A DNA stretch of 63,078 bases, counting the filler, from Choristocarpus tenellus KU-1152 (lineage: Eukaryota > Protista > Phaeophyceae): assembly GCA_964200185.2 (NCBI GenBank). It is 11 parts of 11 records of this genome, joined end to end, with 100 filler letters (N's around TTAATTAATTAA, not from the genome) between each part and the next. Parts side by side here need not be neighbours in the genome. Positions count along the whole stretch, not along the records: positions 35,897 to 39,715 come from CAXNAD020017744.1; positions 39,816 to 43,519 come from CAXNAD020018414.1; positions 43,620 to 47,559 come from CAXNAD020017028.1; positions 47,660 to 51,397 come from CAXNAD020018218.1; 7 more parts are not named here. One strand, 5' to 3'. Numbering within the stretch: the first letter of the stretch is position 1; every line of letters starts with the position of its first letter. The notes under the pieces were generated by a model. It ran no database searches. It was not told the DNA's origin and saw nothing but the letters and a program-made list of their open reading frames with translations. A program made the position numbers and the translations under genes. Positions 39,554-51,397 of the stretch are shown piece by piece.

Positions 39554-39715
39554 AGATCAAAATATCTGGGGGGAGTGGCGGCTGTCCATTTGGGGCCAAT
39601 TTTTTCATGTCGTGACATTTTGGTGATTTGATTCCATACGTTGGATCGATAATGAAAGTGCACTTTTCCTGGTTTTGGTTCAAATGGACACTCTGGTGTA
39701 GACCCCCCCCCCCCA
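39554..39715 (+). mobile_element. MITE family B, truncated at its poly-C arm by the contig end
   Basis: Collinear with 40143-40320. Confidence 0.88.
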
Positions 39716-40142
39716 NNNNNNNNNNNNNNNNNNNNNNNNNNNNNNNNNNNNNNNNNNNNTTAATTAATTAANNNNNNNNNNNNNNNNNNNNNNNNNNNNN
39801 NNNNNNNNNNNNNNNCCCCCCCCAGATAGATACTTTGACACATCACCCCAATCAAGGTCAGATTTGCTTTGCAGGAGGTTCGCGTTTGACGGACTGTGTC
39901 GCAAGCGCGTTATGGAGGTACACCTGTACCTTGTTTTGATCTTGCACCAAAGAACGAAAATGGGCGCGCGGAAAGAACTGGATCACGATGGCAAAGATCT
40001 GTTGCTGACGGAGGGGGTATGTATAAGATTCAAGGGGGGAGACGGAGTGACAAGCTGCGGGACCGCTGAACCAAGCACGCGAGAAAGAATCGAGATACTT
40101 TGGGGACAGTGCTGTTGGTTGTTGTCCAACACGTAGTTGACA

Positions 40143-40320
40143 GGCTCAAAGTATCTGGGTGTGTGGAGGCTGTCCATTTGGGATCAACTTTTTCATATCG
40201 CGATTTTTGGGTGATTTGATTCCATACGTCGGATGGATAATGTAAATACACTTTTCCTGATTTTGGTCAAATGGACACCCTGGTGTAGACGCCCTTCCCC
40301 CCCCCCAGATGCTTTGGGTC
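40143..40320 (+). mobile_element. MITE family B, complete copy (178 bp)
   Basis: TIRs ggctcaaagtatctggg / cccagatgctttgggtc; ACA(G) duplicated. Confidence 0.9.
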
Positions 40321-42179
40321 ACAGGTAGAAATAATAGTGGAGTGTGTAACTGCCATACGACCATTGGTCGAGGGCTAGGAAGGGTGTAGGTAGTGTAGAA
40401 GTTTCCAGACTAGAGGTGAGTGAATGATAATAATAATATGCATTAATGTAGTCGTTTTTTTGTTATTGAATTGAATCTTCCTATCTTGCTTATATTCTAG
40501 GGCTCTATATTATATATATTATTATGTCTCCAGATTTTTTTGGTCCACCCCCGTTGCTTGTATGCACTAGAGGAGTCTGCAGGTAGTACCAGTTTGCCGT
40601 TTTTAATTTTACCGATTTCGCGTTTGCTCCCCCCTTAAAATGTTTAGTTCCTATCTTATGAGATCATGAAACAAGTAAGTTTGCACCTGCTAGTTGTTGC
40701 GGAAGTAACCGCTCTTATGTGCAGTAGGAACTTAGATGACATGAAAACACAATTTTCAAGCTTTATGTGAAAATTTGCTATTTGTGTTCACGTTTTCTTT
40801 TTTTGCTGTGCAAGGGTGGTCTGAATCTGAGGACACTGGATTGCGTGTTGTAAGGGTCATACTTCTGTCTTTTCAGTGGTATGCAGGGAACCCATGTGGT
40901 TTCCACAGTGGCGGCTGGATGGCAACATACGCTGTTTGACCAAGGGCCTGTCTTGTTCTCCAGTATGCAATTTTTGGAAGCAGATTTGGCTTGGCCAGGA
41001 TGAAGACTGGATATGGGCAGGGCGGGCAGGACAGTTGTTTGTGTTCACGCTCTGATATACTCTTAGCCCATGCACAGAGAGTGATTGAGTTTGTAGTAAC
41101 TGATGGAAGGGTTTTTGACAAGGACTCTTTTATTTCCCAATTTTTTCGTGAATGCTCACAGTGTGTCTGAAGATGCGGTGTCCTGTCCCTATTGTTTGAG
41201 ATTGAGGATACGTGTTTGTGTAGTGCAGCAACAGACAAGAATGTAGATCAAAGAGAGAGGTGTATGGAGATATGATTATTGCTTGTGGAGATGCTCAAGA
41301 GATAAAATATTACTATTCTTTCAATTGTTACTATTGTAAGCCTTGTCACCTCAAAATGCTCTGATGGTTACATCCTCGAGTGCCTCAGAAACCCACAAAT
41401 ACAACAGGACCTGGAAAGGTCCACCCTAGCGATCAAGGGTGTGTGTATCTTGTCCGTTCTGAGATTTTTTCAGTTTTGTTTTTAAAGAAAAGGACATTCA
41501 AAAAGAGTTTTGATAAGGACAATTTACTCCTTCAAACTAGATGTAGTCCCAAATTAGCCAAAATACACTTCACAGGTGTAGACTGAGTGCTCCGAAAAAT
41601 ATGCGCCACCTCAAAGTCCAAGAGGTCCTGAAAAAATATTCAGCACCCCTCTCGGTTATTTTGATTCCTTACACTTTTGGATGACATGAGGAGGTTCATC
41701 CACTCATTTACAACAAGAATCCCAGCTGTCGCTCAGTATGAAGTGTACACCTCCCAACCAGTCTACAGAGAATGTGGAGTAGAACATACTACATAGCAGC
41801 ATGCAAAAAGTCCATTTTGTACGGTGTATAATAATATATTATGAATTATTTTATTTTCCACTACAGTAGTAGTGACTCTCTATGTAGAAGCAGGTGTTAA
41901 CGATTCTCCTCCACTATGCTATTGCAAGGTTATTGGTCGACCTCTGTTGTTACCGTGGGCCTGTTCTCCATGACCTTGAATTTAACGTTCAACCCCATAA
42001 TAGATAATTATGCTTGTTGCGCCTCTTTCTAGTAAGAAGGCTTGTCATGATCATGACTACCGCAGTACAGAGTACGGTATTATTTGGACTATAATCCACT
42101 ACACTTTACGATTTTGACGATGATAATCGCTACGGTATTGTACTGCGGTATTTCCAGAATTACTGCATCGCTACTAATT

Positions 42180-43503
42180 CTTGGGATGCATCCCTCGGTC
42201 CTCACCCTGGGGTGCAGGACTAGGCTAGGTTGGAGGCACAGGAGGGCAGTGGTGTAACATAACTACTAGTAAAATAGTAAATAGATCCAGAAAAACGTCT
42301 ATTCACATTTACGACAACTGTCACTTTTTCATGGGTTGTTATGATATTTGAATGATTTTTTCATTTGTTCTTCCCCTGACACATCTGGAAAATGTCAGAG
42401 GGCATAATAATAAAATATTAAAAAACATTCAACCTACTGTACTGTTGCTGTCCTAAAAACCCAAGGTAGTTGCTACCACACTATACCATCGAAATTCCTG
42501 AAATACCAATAAAATGTATTCAAATAACACCTTTCACATTCACAAGAACTGATACTTCTACAGGGGTACTTGTGATATTGGCCCTGACACATCTGCAAGA
42601 TGTTTGAGAGAATAATAATGTAACATTTTCACCTCAACACCTTCGCAGTGGAACGTTTTGGGCGCCTCAGTAAGCAAGCTGAACGTTTTCTTGATGAGCT
42701 GGCTACGCACGTGGTAGGGGGGAGAGGGGCAGGAGGCTACAGCAGGAAAGGCACTGCCAAATCCCGTTTATGACAGATAGTATCTGTCACAACACTATCT
42801 CGACGTGTCATGCGTTTAAGGCTGGAGACACCAGGGAGATGGGGAAGGAGGGGCCTGTCAAATTCGTAGGATGCTTGCCTAGATCCTTGCCCTGGGGTAT
42901 AGAGCTAAGCTACGTTGGAGGCATAATAGGAGGGGAGTGGTGTAGCATAGCTGGTAGTAAAATAGTAAATGATAGAAAAATGCCTTTCACATTTACGACA
43001 ACTGTCATTTTTTCAGGGGTTGTTGTGACATTTGAATGGTTTTTCAATTGTTTTTCCCGTGAAACATCTGCAAAATATCAGAGGGAATAATAATAATGTA
43101 ACATCAATGTATTTTGATATTATGCCCTCTGACATTTTGGAGATGTGTCATATATCAAAGATCGTACTTTACCGTTCGTAAACAGGACTTACCCAATAAA
43201 TGCTGTACTGCCCCGATCCGTTACCGTACCGCATGGAGATATGTATAATACATTGTAGTGGCTCTACCAAGACATGTCATGCGCTATAAGCTGAAGACAC
43301 CAGGGAGATGGGGAAGAAGGGGCTTGTTAGATTCGTGGGATGCTTCCCTAGCTCCTTGACCTGGGGTGTAGGCTTCCCTAGCTCCTTGACCTGGGGTGTA
43401 GGGCTAAGCTACGTTGGAGGCATAGGAGGGGAGTGGTGTAGCATAGCTGGTAGTAAAATAGTAAATAGATTATAGAAAAATTTCTTTCACATTTACGACA
43501 ACT
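42180..43503 (+). mobile_element. Cluster of 5'-truncated CRE-like (RLE endonuclease) LINE copies: ~42180-42415, 42580-42619, 42627-43097, 43119-43150 (minus strand), ~43255-43503
   Basis: Shared 3' UTR ending in a CTGACA..TGTCAG stem and an (AAT)n tail. The longest copy encodes FHLNTFAVERFGRLSKQAERFLDELATHVVGGRG..KSRL*QIVSV, the RLE C-terminal VE.FG motif. Confidence 0.8.
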
Positions 43504-44989
43504 GGGTCAAAGCATCTGGNNNNNNNNNNNNNNNNNNNNNNNNNNNNNNNNNNNNNNNNNNNNTTAATTAATTAANNNNNNNNNNNNNNNNNNNNNNNNN
43601 NNNNNNNNNNNNNNNNNNNGGAGGGGGGGGACCACCTGCATACAGGAAGGGGTTCACGTGGCATTGGGATCAACTTAGGTGTCACACAAAAAGAGATGAA
43701 CACTGCTTCACAAGTCTTACAACATAGATAGTCTTAATGCTACTTCAGTATAAAATGAAGGTGAGGAGCTCGTGGAAGTCTCAGAAGAAAAATAAAGTAT
43801 CGTGATGGTATAATAACAATAATAACGTAGGCTCAATGTGATACTCCCACCGTCATCTATTGTTACTATTTACTTATTACTACCGTAGATCATATTTTCT
43901 TTATTTTTACAATTCAACACGCCTTCTGTTAAAAAAAACTTTACGTAACTTTTTTAACCATTTTTTTCCTTCACAAAAGAAAACTCCTCTCAATACACTT
44001 ACAAATAATAATAATAATAATAATATATTAGTATTATAACCATCAATAACAACAAATACAGCATGGTTTGCAGGAATGTTCAAAAGCGTAAAAACCAACC
44101 TCAAAAGGGCGTAACAGTACAGAGCAAAAACGTTATCGAAATTTTCACAATCAAAAGCTTGGGAAAGGACAGCACATCTAACCCCTCCATCAACATGCGC
44201 ACGACCCCCTCTCCAGCAACGCTCAGATGCATGAGCTCCGGTTTACTCTAAAACAAGCTCAGTTCTTCACTTCCTCTTTCCACCACCCTCTGTACCAAAC
44301 CATATACCCTCCCAACAGTCGAAGTACAGAATAAAATAAAACTAGCACATCATTGAAGGCAGGTAGGAGACATGGCAAAAAAAACAGGATGTTGTCTATA
44401 TAATCGGAGCCCCCTGACTATATGTTTCTACTGGTATCAACAGTCACAATCTTTTCATCAAAAAAAAAAAACGTACAAATGCCTCGACGCAGCCGGAGAC
44501 CCCCAACTACGACATAGATTTTGAAAAATAAAATATGTATATGAATTAATAAAAATAAACAAGTGAGGAGGACAGCTTTCGGAGGACAGCAACATGATCT
44601 CACTCTGTATAGATAATACTATAATTAGGGTTAGGGTTAGGGCTGCGTGGAACGCTCGGGCTCTACTGATCAACGTGCATCTCCGTTAAAAAAAACAAAC
44701 TGTAGAACCTACACACCACTCAGAGATCTGACAAACAAAATCGGGTTGTAAACAATTTTTTGAAAATTCCGCACATGCAAACTGCCTTCCACGAGATATG
44801 TAAGAACTTTCCAAAGCGTTCCCAATCAACTCTTTTTTTTCTAACCATAAAAGAAATAAATACGTACATACATAAATATATATATATATATATATTCCTC
44901 TCTCAGTAGGAGTCTCAAACAGAGCAAGAGAGATGAGAAATAAGAAAAAAGAGGGCAAGAGTGGACTCATGAAATAGATGCCAACTTAC

Positions 44990-47249
44990 CGTTTGGTAGG
45001 TGGTGTTCTTAAGCTCATTTTGCTGCCGGCGCTTCTCCCTCTCAAGTCGTTCCGTCTTCCTATCCTGTTAGACAAGGAACAAAAAAAAACATGTCAGGGA
45101 CTCCCATTGGGTTTCTTAGAGACATTCTAGGCGATTGGTAATGGTCCGTGCTGCAGGATGGAGAGTGTCGTATCATGGTTCACATTAATGTTGAGAATAG
45201 TTATCGTGACATTTCCCTTTATTGCATTGGGAATAGTCCTTCCAACAAAAGGTATACTGTATTTTGTCCAAAGAGAGCGAGTGGTTATTGGTGGTAGTAA
45301 GCTCAATACTCTTGGCCGAAATTGTACCTAGATTAGCGGAAGTGGGGGAAGGGCAGCAAATGTTTTGATTGGTTCAATGAACTGCACACTGTGAGGATCA
45401 TCCTGCTAGGAACACCTGTAACAACTGCACTCAAACCCTGTGTAAAAAATATACACATATGGCATCATCATGAACAACGGGTTGGCGTGCATAGGGGAAG
45501 AACATGAAATACACACGGTTGGTGGCAGTTTGAACCAACAATTAGTAGTACAGAGATAATGTTACAAACAAACATCCTCAAGGCAACAATTGCACACAAA
45601 TACAAACGACACTGGGGGGTTGCCAAACACAAAACATCACTGGTGGCCAAGAAGTACTTGGTCAAAGAAGAGTATGTGCAACCTGTGTGTAATATGTGCA
45701 TCCTCTGTAACCTCCTGAATGCCCATACAAATAGGGCATGTACTCTTGTCTGCTGCTGCTCTGGTGCGCATGTAAAATACCTGTGCCAACTGGTACTATA
45801 CCTGTACTCAACTGTCAAAAAAATAATACTACAGCACAATCACGCTTCATCTAATTTCCACGTCGCCTCAACATAAACAATACTAAGTGCTACCTAGTAC
45901 CAAATAAAATAAAACAGTAAACGAGATGGTTGAACAAAAATTATCTTTAGCCATAACTACTTCAGCATAGCACTAAATATCTGCTTCAAGAACAAGTTAT
46001 TACTCTCGATCTCAGATCCATCTATACTTGTAAATTCATGACCGTACTACACTTGTAAAAACCATGATACTTCGTAAACATTTCTCATTCCTCAAACCCC
46101 AGGTCCCCCTCAACGTTCCATGGAGCGATCACTGGGATCATGTCTTGCATTGCTTCCGTTTTAGCAAGTGTCCTTCCTGCCCTCCTATCTCTCTGCTATG
46201 GCATTAGGGGCACTCTCTTGGTCCTTGGTGTATATCTACGAATGCAACGTAGGCGATCTTTGCTTGCACGATAACAAGCACATTGCCATCATCCATTCAG
46301 TCCAACCTCTCTGAGTTAGCCCAACCTCCTTGAATCTTAAGGATCGCTTCTCTCCACCAAGGTACCACCAGGACATAGAGAAAACTCTATCAACGGACCC
46401 CTTCCCAGAATTCCATAGGAAATCATTTCAGCCATTGGTAACTAGTAATACGATGGAGTGGACCGTTCACTTGGCCTTCTGTCTTGATCATTTTCTCATC
46501 TTATATGATGGAGAGCGAAGGTTGGAGCAGTTGTACACAAGATAGGCAACATCGACAAGGTACTTAAGCAAGATGACCATAGATCTATTGGTTCGCACCT
46601 CGATTTCCTGCCTTTTTCGGTCCTTCATCTCCTGCTCGATGGCCTTGACCGCCTTTAGCCTAGCCCTTATTTCAAGCTTCTTCGACCAGGTAGTAGAAAG
46701 CTCTCTTGTCGCTGTTGTCACCTGTTTCGAGGCTCTGGGCATGACGACAAAGGAGAGTCGTCACTGAGCGAGAGATCCTGAAGTGTGCTGGCAGCAGTGT
46801 CAGATCGGCTTTCAGTAGGAGCATGCAGCATCAATTGAGAGCGGGTATATTTCTTAATCGATAGATCAAACCTACCGCTGTGATTGTGAACCTGTCTTCC
46901 AAAATCTTCCGCTGACAGACTTTCCCCTTGGGACATGGGGCTGGTTGCCCTGTTGCTCTGTGGGAGCCTTAGCCTTCTCGGTTTGTGGTTCCTGCTGGGG
47001 GATATTCGACGTAACCCTCTCCCCAGATTGATGAATGCATTCAGAAGAAGAGCTGGATGCCTCTGTTGGTTCAGAGAGTTTCGGCTTCTCTCCTTCAGCC
47101 GCTGTCTTAGCGGTAAGGCAGGTTTCAGTGACCTCCTTGCCATTTTTGGTGGCGAACTTCTTACTTGATGGCGTAGCCTGCTTTTTAAGCGGGGGCTGAG
47201 AATGTTCTGGCACCTCCTCTCTGGTCTGCTCTCTCCGGCGTGACCTCAT
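44990..47249 (-). CDS. Cgr1/CCDC86-like nucleolar coiled-coil protein, 3' incomplete. Exons 47249-46876, 46734-46599, 45064-44990
   Basis: Phase-compatible GT-AG junctions; VPRGKSVSGRFWKT..STTWSKKLEIRARLKAVKAIEQEMKDRKRQEIE|DRKTERLEREKRRQQNELKNTTYQT is the Cgr1 family signature. Confidence 0.85.
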
Positions 47250-47434
47250 CGGTTTGACAAGGGAGTTTTCTCGGTTCCTGCCTATACCTTTGTGGTTACC
47301 TCTCTAATTTGAATGGAGGTCTCATCAATTCTATCATGTTGCGCGCGTCGAGTTGATAAACGCGCGCGGAAAAGAACTTTCCTCTGTCACCCCCTGCTAT
47401 CGGTTACTCCTTCTTTTCCTATCTGTTTTCGTTC

Positions 47435-47443
47435 AGCCAATCA
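47435..47443. promoter_or_regulatory. CCAAT box ~190 bp upstream of the Cgr1-like ATG
   Basis: AGCCAATCA consensus and its position. Confidence 0.35.
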
Positions 47444-47498
47444 GGTCCTTGTAGTGGTAACATAGAGTTTGTAAATCTAGTAAACTTCGTAGTCCTAT

Positions 47499-47559
47499 GG
47501 CTCAAAGTATCTGGGGGGGGGGGGGGGGGGGGGCGATCTTTTTGGGGCCCCTTTTATCT
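47499..47559. mobile_element. MITE family B-type terminus at a contig end; similar termini at 39816-39841 and 43504-43519
   Basis: ggctcaaagtatct followed by poly-G. Confidence 0.8.
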
Positions 47560-47659
47560 NNNNNNNNNNNNNNNNNNNNNNNNNNNNNNNNNNNNNNNNN
47601 NNNTTAATTAATTAANNNNNNNNNNNNNNNNNNNNNNNNNNNNNNNNNNNNNNNNNNNN

Positions 47660-47836
47660 GGGGGGGTGGGGGGGGGGGGGGGGGGGGGGGGGGGTTGTGA
47701 GTGGGCGTCCGTTTCGGTCAAACAACACTTTTTTTTGCTGACATTTCAAATCGACCAAATCACACAAAAAAAAGTGAAAATCGAAAAAAGGTTGAAAAAC
47801 AGACGCCAACACCCCCCGCCCCAGATACTTTGACCC
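47660..47836. mobile_element. MITE B-type element with a different internal sequence
   Basis: poly-G..gtccgtttcgg..ccccagatactttgaccc. Confidence 0.7.
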
Positions 47837-48850
47837 TCGCCCTGTCTGTGGCTAAAGCAGGTAGGGATAAAAGCACAGGCTGGGGAACGGATGCGACTGA
47901 TCGAAAGGGTTTTGGTTCCTTGCTTCTTTTTTTTGGGAACGAACGAGGTGCTGTGCTCGCTGGGAACGGAAGAAGGTTCGGTATTTTAGGCTGCACAGAT
48001 AGCGGGCGAGGGTTTCTGGGTTAAAACAGGTTGAAGCAATTGGTGCAAGGGCTGCCAGTACACGGTTGACAACTTCTCTGTATAAAAGTGAAGTTTGGCT
48101 TGATACCTACTCGTGCATGGAAGTCCTGTTGTGGCGATATAGTCCTTGTTTCTCCCTGACGATCAGGGTTTCGACTGAGGCAGCGCAAGGGTGTGACATG
48201 CCAACAAACAAGCGCCTCTATAACCTAGTCAAAACGATGTAAGTCTCCACCTTATACAATGTAGGTTTTGCAGCATTTTTTGATTGGCTGGGATAAATCG
48301 GTCACTTCGATTGGATAACTCTTTATGAAATCAATAATTCGTTTTGGTTTAATTCGACGGTTTACTATCTCGTCCCCCAAAAGATTACTCTGCGAAAATC
48401 CTAGTGGGTGAACTTGGCTTCTAATCTGTAGAGAAAAAATACAACACATAATGTGAAAGTTTATGAAGTAATCTGAGTTTTGTTGACGGAAGAATTCTGG
48501 TTGGTTGGGGGCACAGGACAAGAGTGGGGGGGGGAAAGAAAAAGAAGGAAGCAGGAAGAGAAGGAATAGTTAAGGAAGGGACGAGATAGTTAATGGGAAT
48601 AAGTGGTAGATAAAGGGAAGGACAGCAGCCAGTCAGTGGAAAAAGGGAAAGAAAACTAGGGGTACAAGACGAGGAGGGGAGACCAAGGCAACCTCCGAGC
48701 AAGCTTCTCGCTCTTCCAACATATGGGCAATATCGCAGACAGGAGGGACAACGAGATTGAGCGGGCTGAGATGGCGTGGGATAAAAAGGGGGAAAACGAA
48801 GGGAAAATAAGGGGGAAAACGAAGGGAAAAGAAGAGGGGAAGGAGAAGAA

Positions 48851-50140
48851 ATGACTGAGGGCTGGGTAGAAGAGAAGGGATGGAAGGAACAGGAATTAGA
48901 GAGGGGAACAATGGCAATGCAGAGGATGCAGTCACATATCGAAAAGGCGCAACGGGAAATGGGAATCTTCGAGACGGGGGAGAGAGAGAAGACTGGTGTG
49001 GAGGACGGGGATGACCAAGAGCAGAGAAGCGAGAGCAACCAAAGCCAACCAAAATGTCAGAACGACGAGATCCGCATGTTGACGAAAAGAATGGACGGTA
49101 TGATGGAGATCTTACAAGAACTTTGTTGGTCGAGAACATCAGAGAAGGGGGAAGAAGAAAGAGTGATGGGAAGGGGAGGAGGAGCATTAAGGGAGAGGGG
49201 ATCGATATCATCAACATCGATGGCAGAAAGGTTTCAAGAGAAATCACTGATGCAAGCGTGGAACAGGGTGGAGGTGAGGATATATTTTATACTCCTTGGG
49301 TTCATCCCCCTATTTATAAAAACGGGAAATGCCAGGACAACGAAGTACGAGCTTCAGAGGATCGTGGAGGAGACAGCAGACGTGACGGAAGAGGTGGCAG
49401 CACAGCTAGAACACTTGGCAGGTTTTACGATCAGGGACTACATACCTAAGGGGGAGCTCGGGAGGAAGACGTACAAAGGGGACTACGTGCTACCTGACAA
49501 CTTCGACTGCTTTGTGGCAGCCATGGTGAGGTTATGTAAATATGGGGAGAGTTGGAACAGGGGGAAAAGAAGGACAGAACGGGTGATTGATGATTTGGGA
49601 GAGGCTCGGCGTAAAGTTCGCATGTTTTATGGTGCCAACAAACCAACGTTGTTAGAGAGTCCACGGATCGTGGAACAAATTTTCAGAGCAGTGCAGGAGG
49701 ACCTAATGTGCTGGGAAAAGCGGTTGGCGGCAGCGGCTGATATTATAGGGAACACATTTAACGCACCACCTCCCCATGACACGCTGATACCACTCCCGCC
49801 GAGCCTGCACTTTACATGTGTAGAAGCGACATTGGTGCAGGCAAAGAACATGCTACCTGCCCAGTATAGCACTGAGTCCCGATCCCGATCCATTAAGAGG
49901 GCGGGAACATGGGGGGAGACAAGGGCTTCAAAATCTCCCAGGGCTGAAGACCGAAATAGAGCAGGAGTATCAAGAGAGGGGGGAAGGACCTACAACCCGT
50001 GTTTTGCGTGGAAGTCAGGAAAGGAGTGTGAATCCCTGAAAAGAAATGGTTTCTGCAAATACGACCATTTCGAAGAAGGGGGAGAAGAGAAAGAGAAGGA
50101 AGCCCAGACCAAGGCCAAGGCAAAAAAAAAAGACCCATGA
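48851..50140 (+). CDS. ORF1 (gag-like) of a DIRS/Ngaro-type retrotransposon, with a C-terminal CCCH-type finger
   Basis: 429-aa intronless ORF; CFAWKSGKECESLKRNGFCKYDH; directly upstream of RT. Confidence 0.7.
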   Translation: MTEGWVEEKGWKEQELERGTMAMQRMQSHIEKAQREMGIFETGEREKTGVEDGDDQEQRSESNQSQPKCQNDEIRMLTKRMDGMMEILQELCWSRTSEKGEEERVMGRGGGALRERGSISSTSMAERFQEKSLMQAWNRVEVRIYFILLGFIPLFIKTGNARTTKYELQRIVEETADVTEEVAAQLEHLAGFTIRDYIPKGELGRKTYKGDYVLPDNFDCFVAAMVRLCKYGESWNRGKRRTERVIDDLGEARRKVRMFYGANKPTLLESPRIVEQIFRAVQEDLMCWEKRLAAAADIIGNTFNAPPPHDTLIPLPPSLHFTCVEATLVQAKNMLPAQYSTESRSRSIKRAGTWGETRASKSPRAEDRNRAGVSREGGRTYNPCFAWKSGKECESLKRNGFCKYDHFEEGGEEKEKEAQTKAKAKKKDP

Positions 50141-50290
50141 AGACGCGGGCCCACCCCTACCCAGGGGGGGCCGGCAGGAGGAGACCAATGGACGTCAAGA
50201 CTACCACAACATAGACAAGAGGCGTCGGGGATTCCAACACCAGGGTCAATACGCCGGACACTCAAAGGTAGAGGGGGGGGGGAAAGGGGA

Positions 50291-51397
50291 ATGACGGATG
50301 ACTTCGAAGATTGGTTGAGAGCATGGCAAGATTGGAAGAGAGAAAAGGATGGGGTAATGTTAGTGGAGGGACTGGAGGAGTTGGCAAGAAAAGGGGAAGT
50401 ATTAATAGGAGAGAGTGGGGGGGACTTGGTGACTCTAGTGGATAGGTTAGAGGAAAGATGGATTCCCAAACGATTGAATTGGGAGACGATTGATGACCAT
50501 TTCGGGAAAAAGATTGGGTTCCCACAGATAGAGCAACTCCAACAGGTAGTGAACAAGGGAGTACCAGTGTGCGTAGGAGGAATAGGCAGTGTTGAGGAGA
50601 GACTAGTGTATGGAAACCACACGAGTGCAAGAAGTAGGAAGAAGGTCCTACTAGAAAAGGTAGTGAGTGATGTGACCCAGGGTAGAGCTTTGGTGTTCCC
50701 AAAAAGGATGTGGGCAGGTGTCCCCAGTTGGTGTCATTCAAGAACCCACGAAGGTAAGGATTATTCACGATTTGTCATACCAGCAAGAGAGTTGGGGGCC
50801 GAGTGTGAATGACCAGACAGAGTTAGAGGATGCCCCCCCGTACATTGTGGAACAGTTATAGGAGACGTGATTAGGAGAATTGTGGGTTTAAGGAAGAAGT
50901 TCCCAGGGGCGAGGATTATGATTAGTAAGATGGATGTGAAAGAAGCCTTTCGCCAAGTACCAGTAGAACCACAAGGGGCAGCAAAGTTTGGATATTGTGT
51001 TGGAGATTTGCTAGTGATCGATTTTAGACTCCAATTTGGGTGGAGGAATAGCCCGGGGTGGTGGGACCTATTAGCGAGTGCACTAGAATTTTCACACTGT
51101 CATACAGATCCCAAGTCGACAGTAGTCCTCGAATAAGCAGAAAGGATTGCGGTAGGTGTAACGTACACGAAGCAGGAAGGCAGGAGGGATTTTAGGACCA
51201 TAGACGAGACATGGAAGGTGCAGGACATAACAGGGGGGGGGTGGAGGACCCTTTTTTTGCCAGAATGTACGTAGATGATAGCATTTTGGTAGAGCCCCAA
51301 TGGTTTGAAGATGGGCGGAGACTGAAGCTAGCAACAAATTCCCTAGTCTCCGACCACATACGGTTGCTAGGCCAGAGGGACTTAGACGAACCCCCCA
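50291..51397 (+). pseudogene. DIRS/Ngaro-type reverse transcriptase, frameshifted and cut by the contig end
   Basis: VYGNHTSA; SPVGVIQEPTKVRIIHDLS; ISKMDVKEAFRQVPV; DFRLQFGWRNSPGWW; MYVDD; stop at 51134-51136. Confidence 0.85.

Noticed and set aside
40520-41740. Two weak inverted-repeat-bounded segments (~40523-40857 and ~41341-41691) as further MITEs
   Set aside because: TIRs are highly degenerate, there is no TSD, and each is single copy in the window.
48421-50768. Long minus-strand S/P/F/L-rich ORFs (205, 204, 210, 168 aa)
   Set aside because: Antisense shadows of the purine-rich DIRS-type ORFs.
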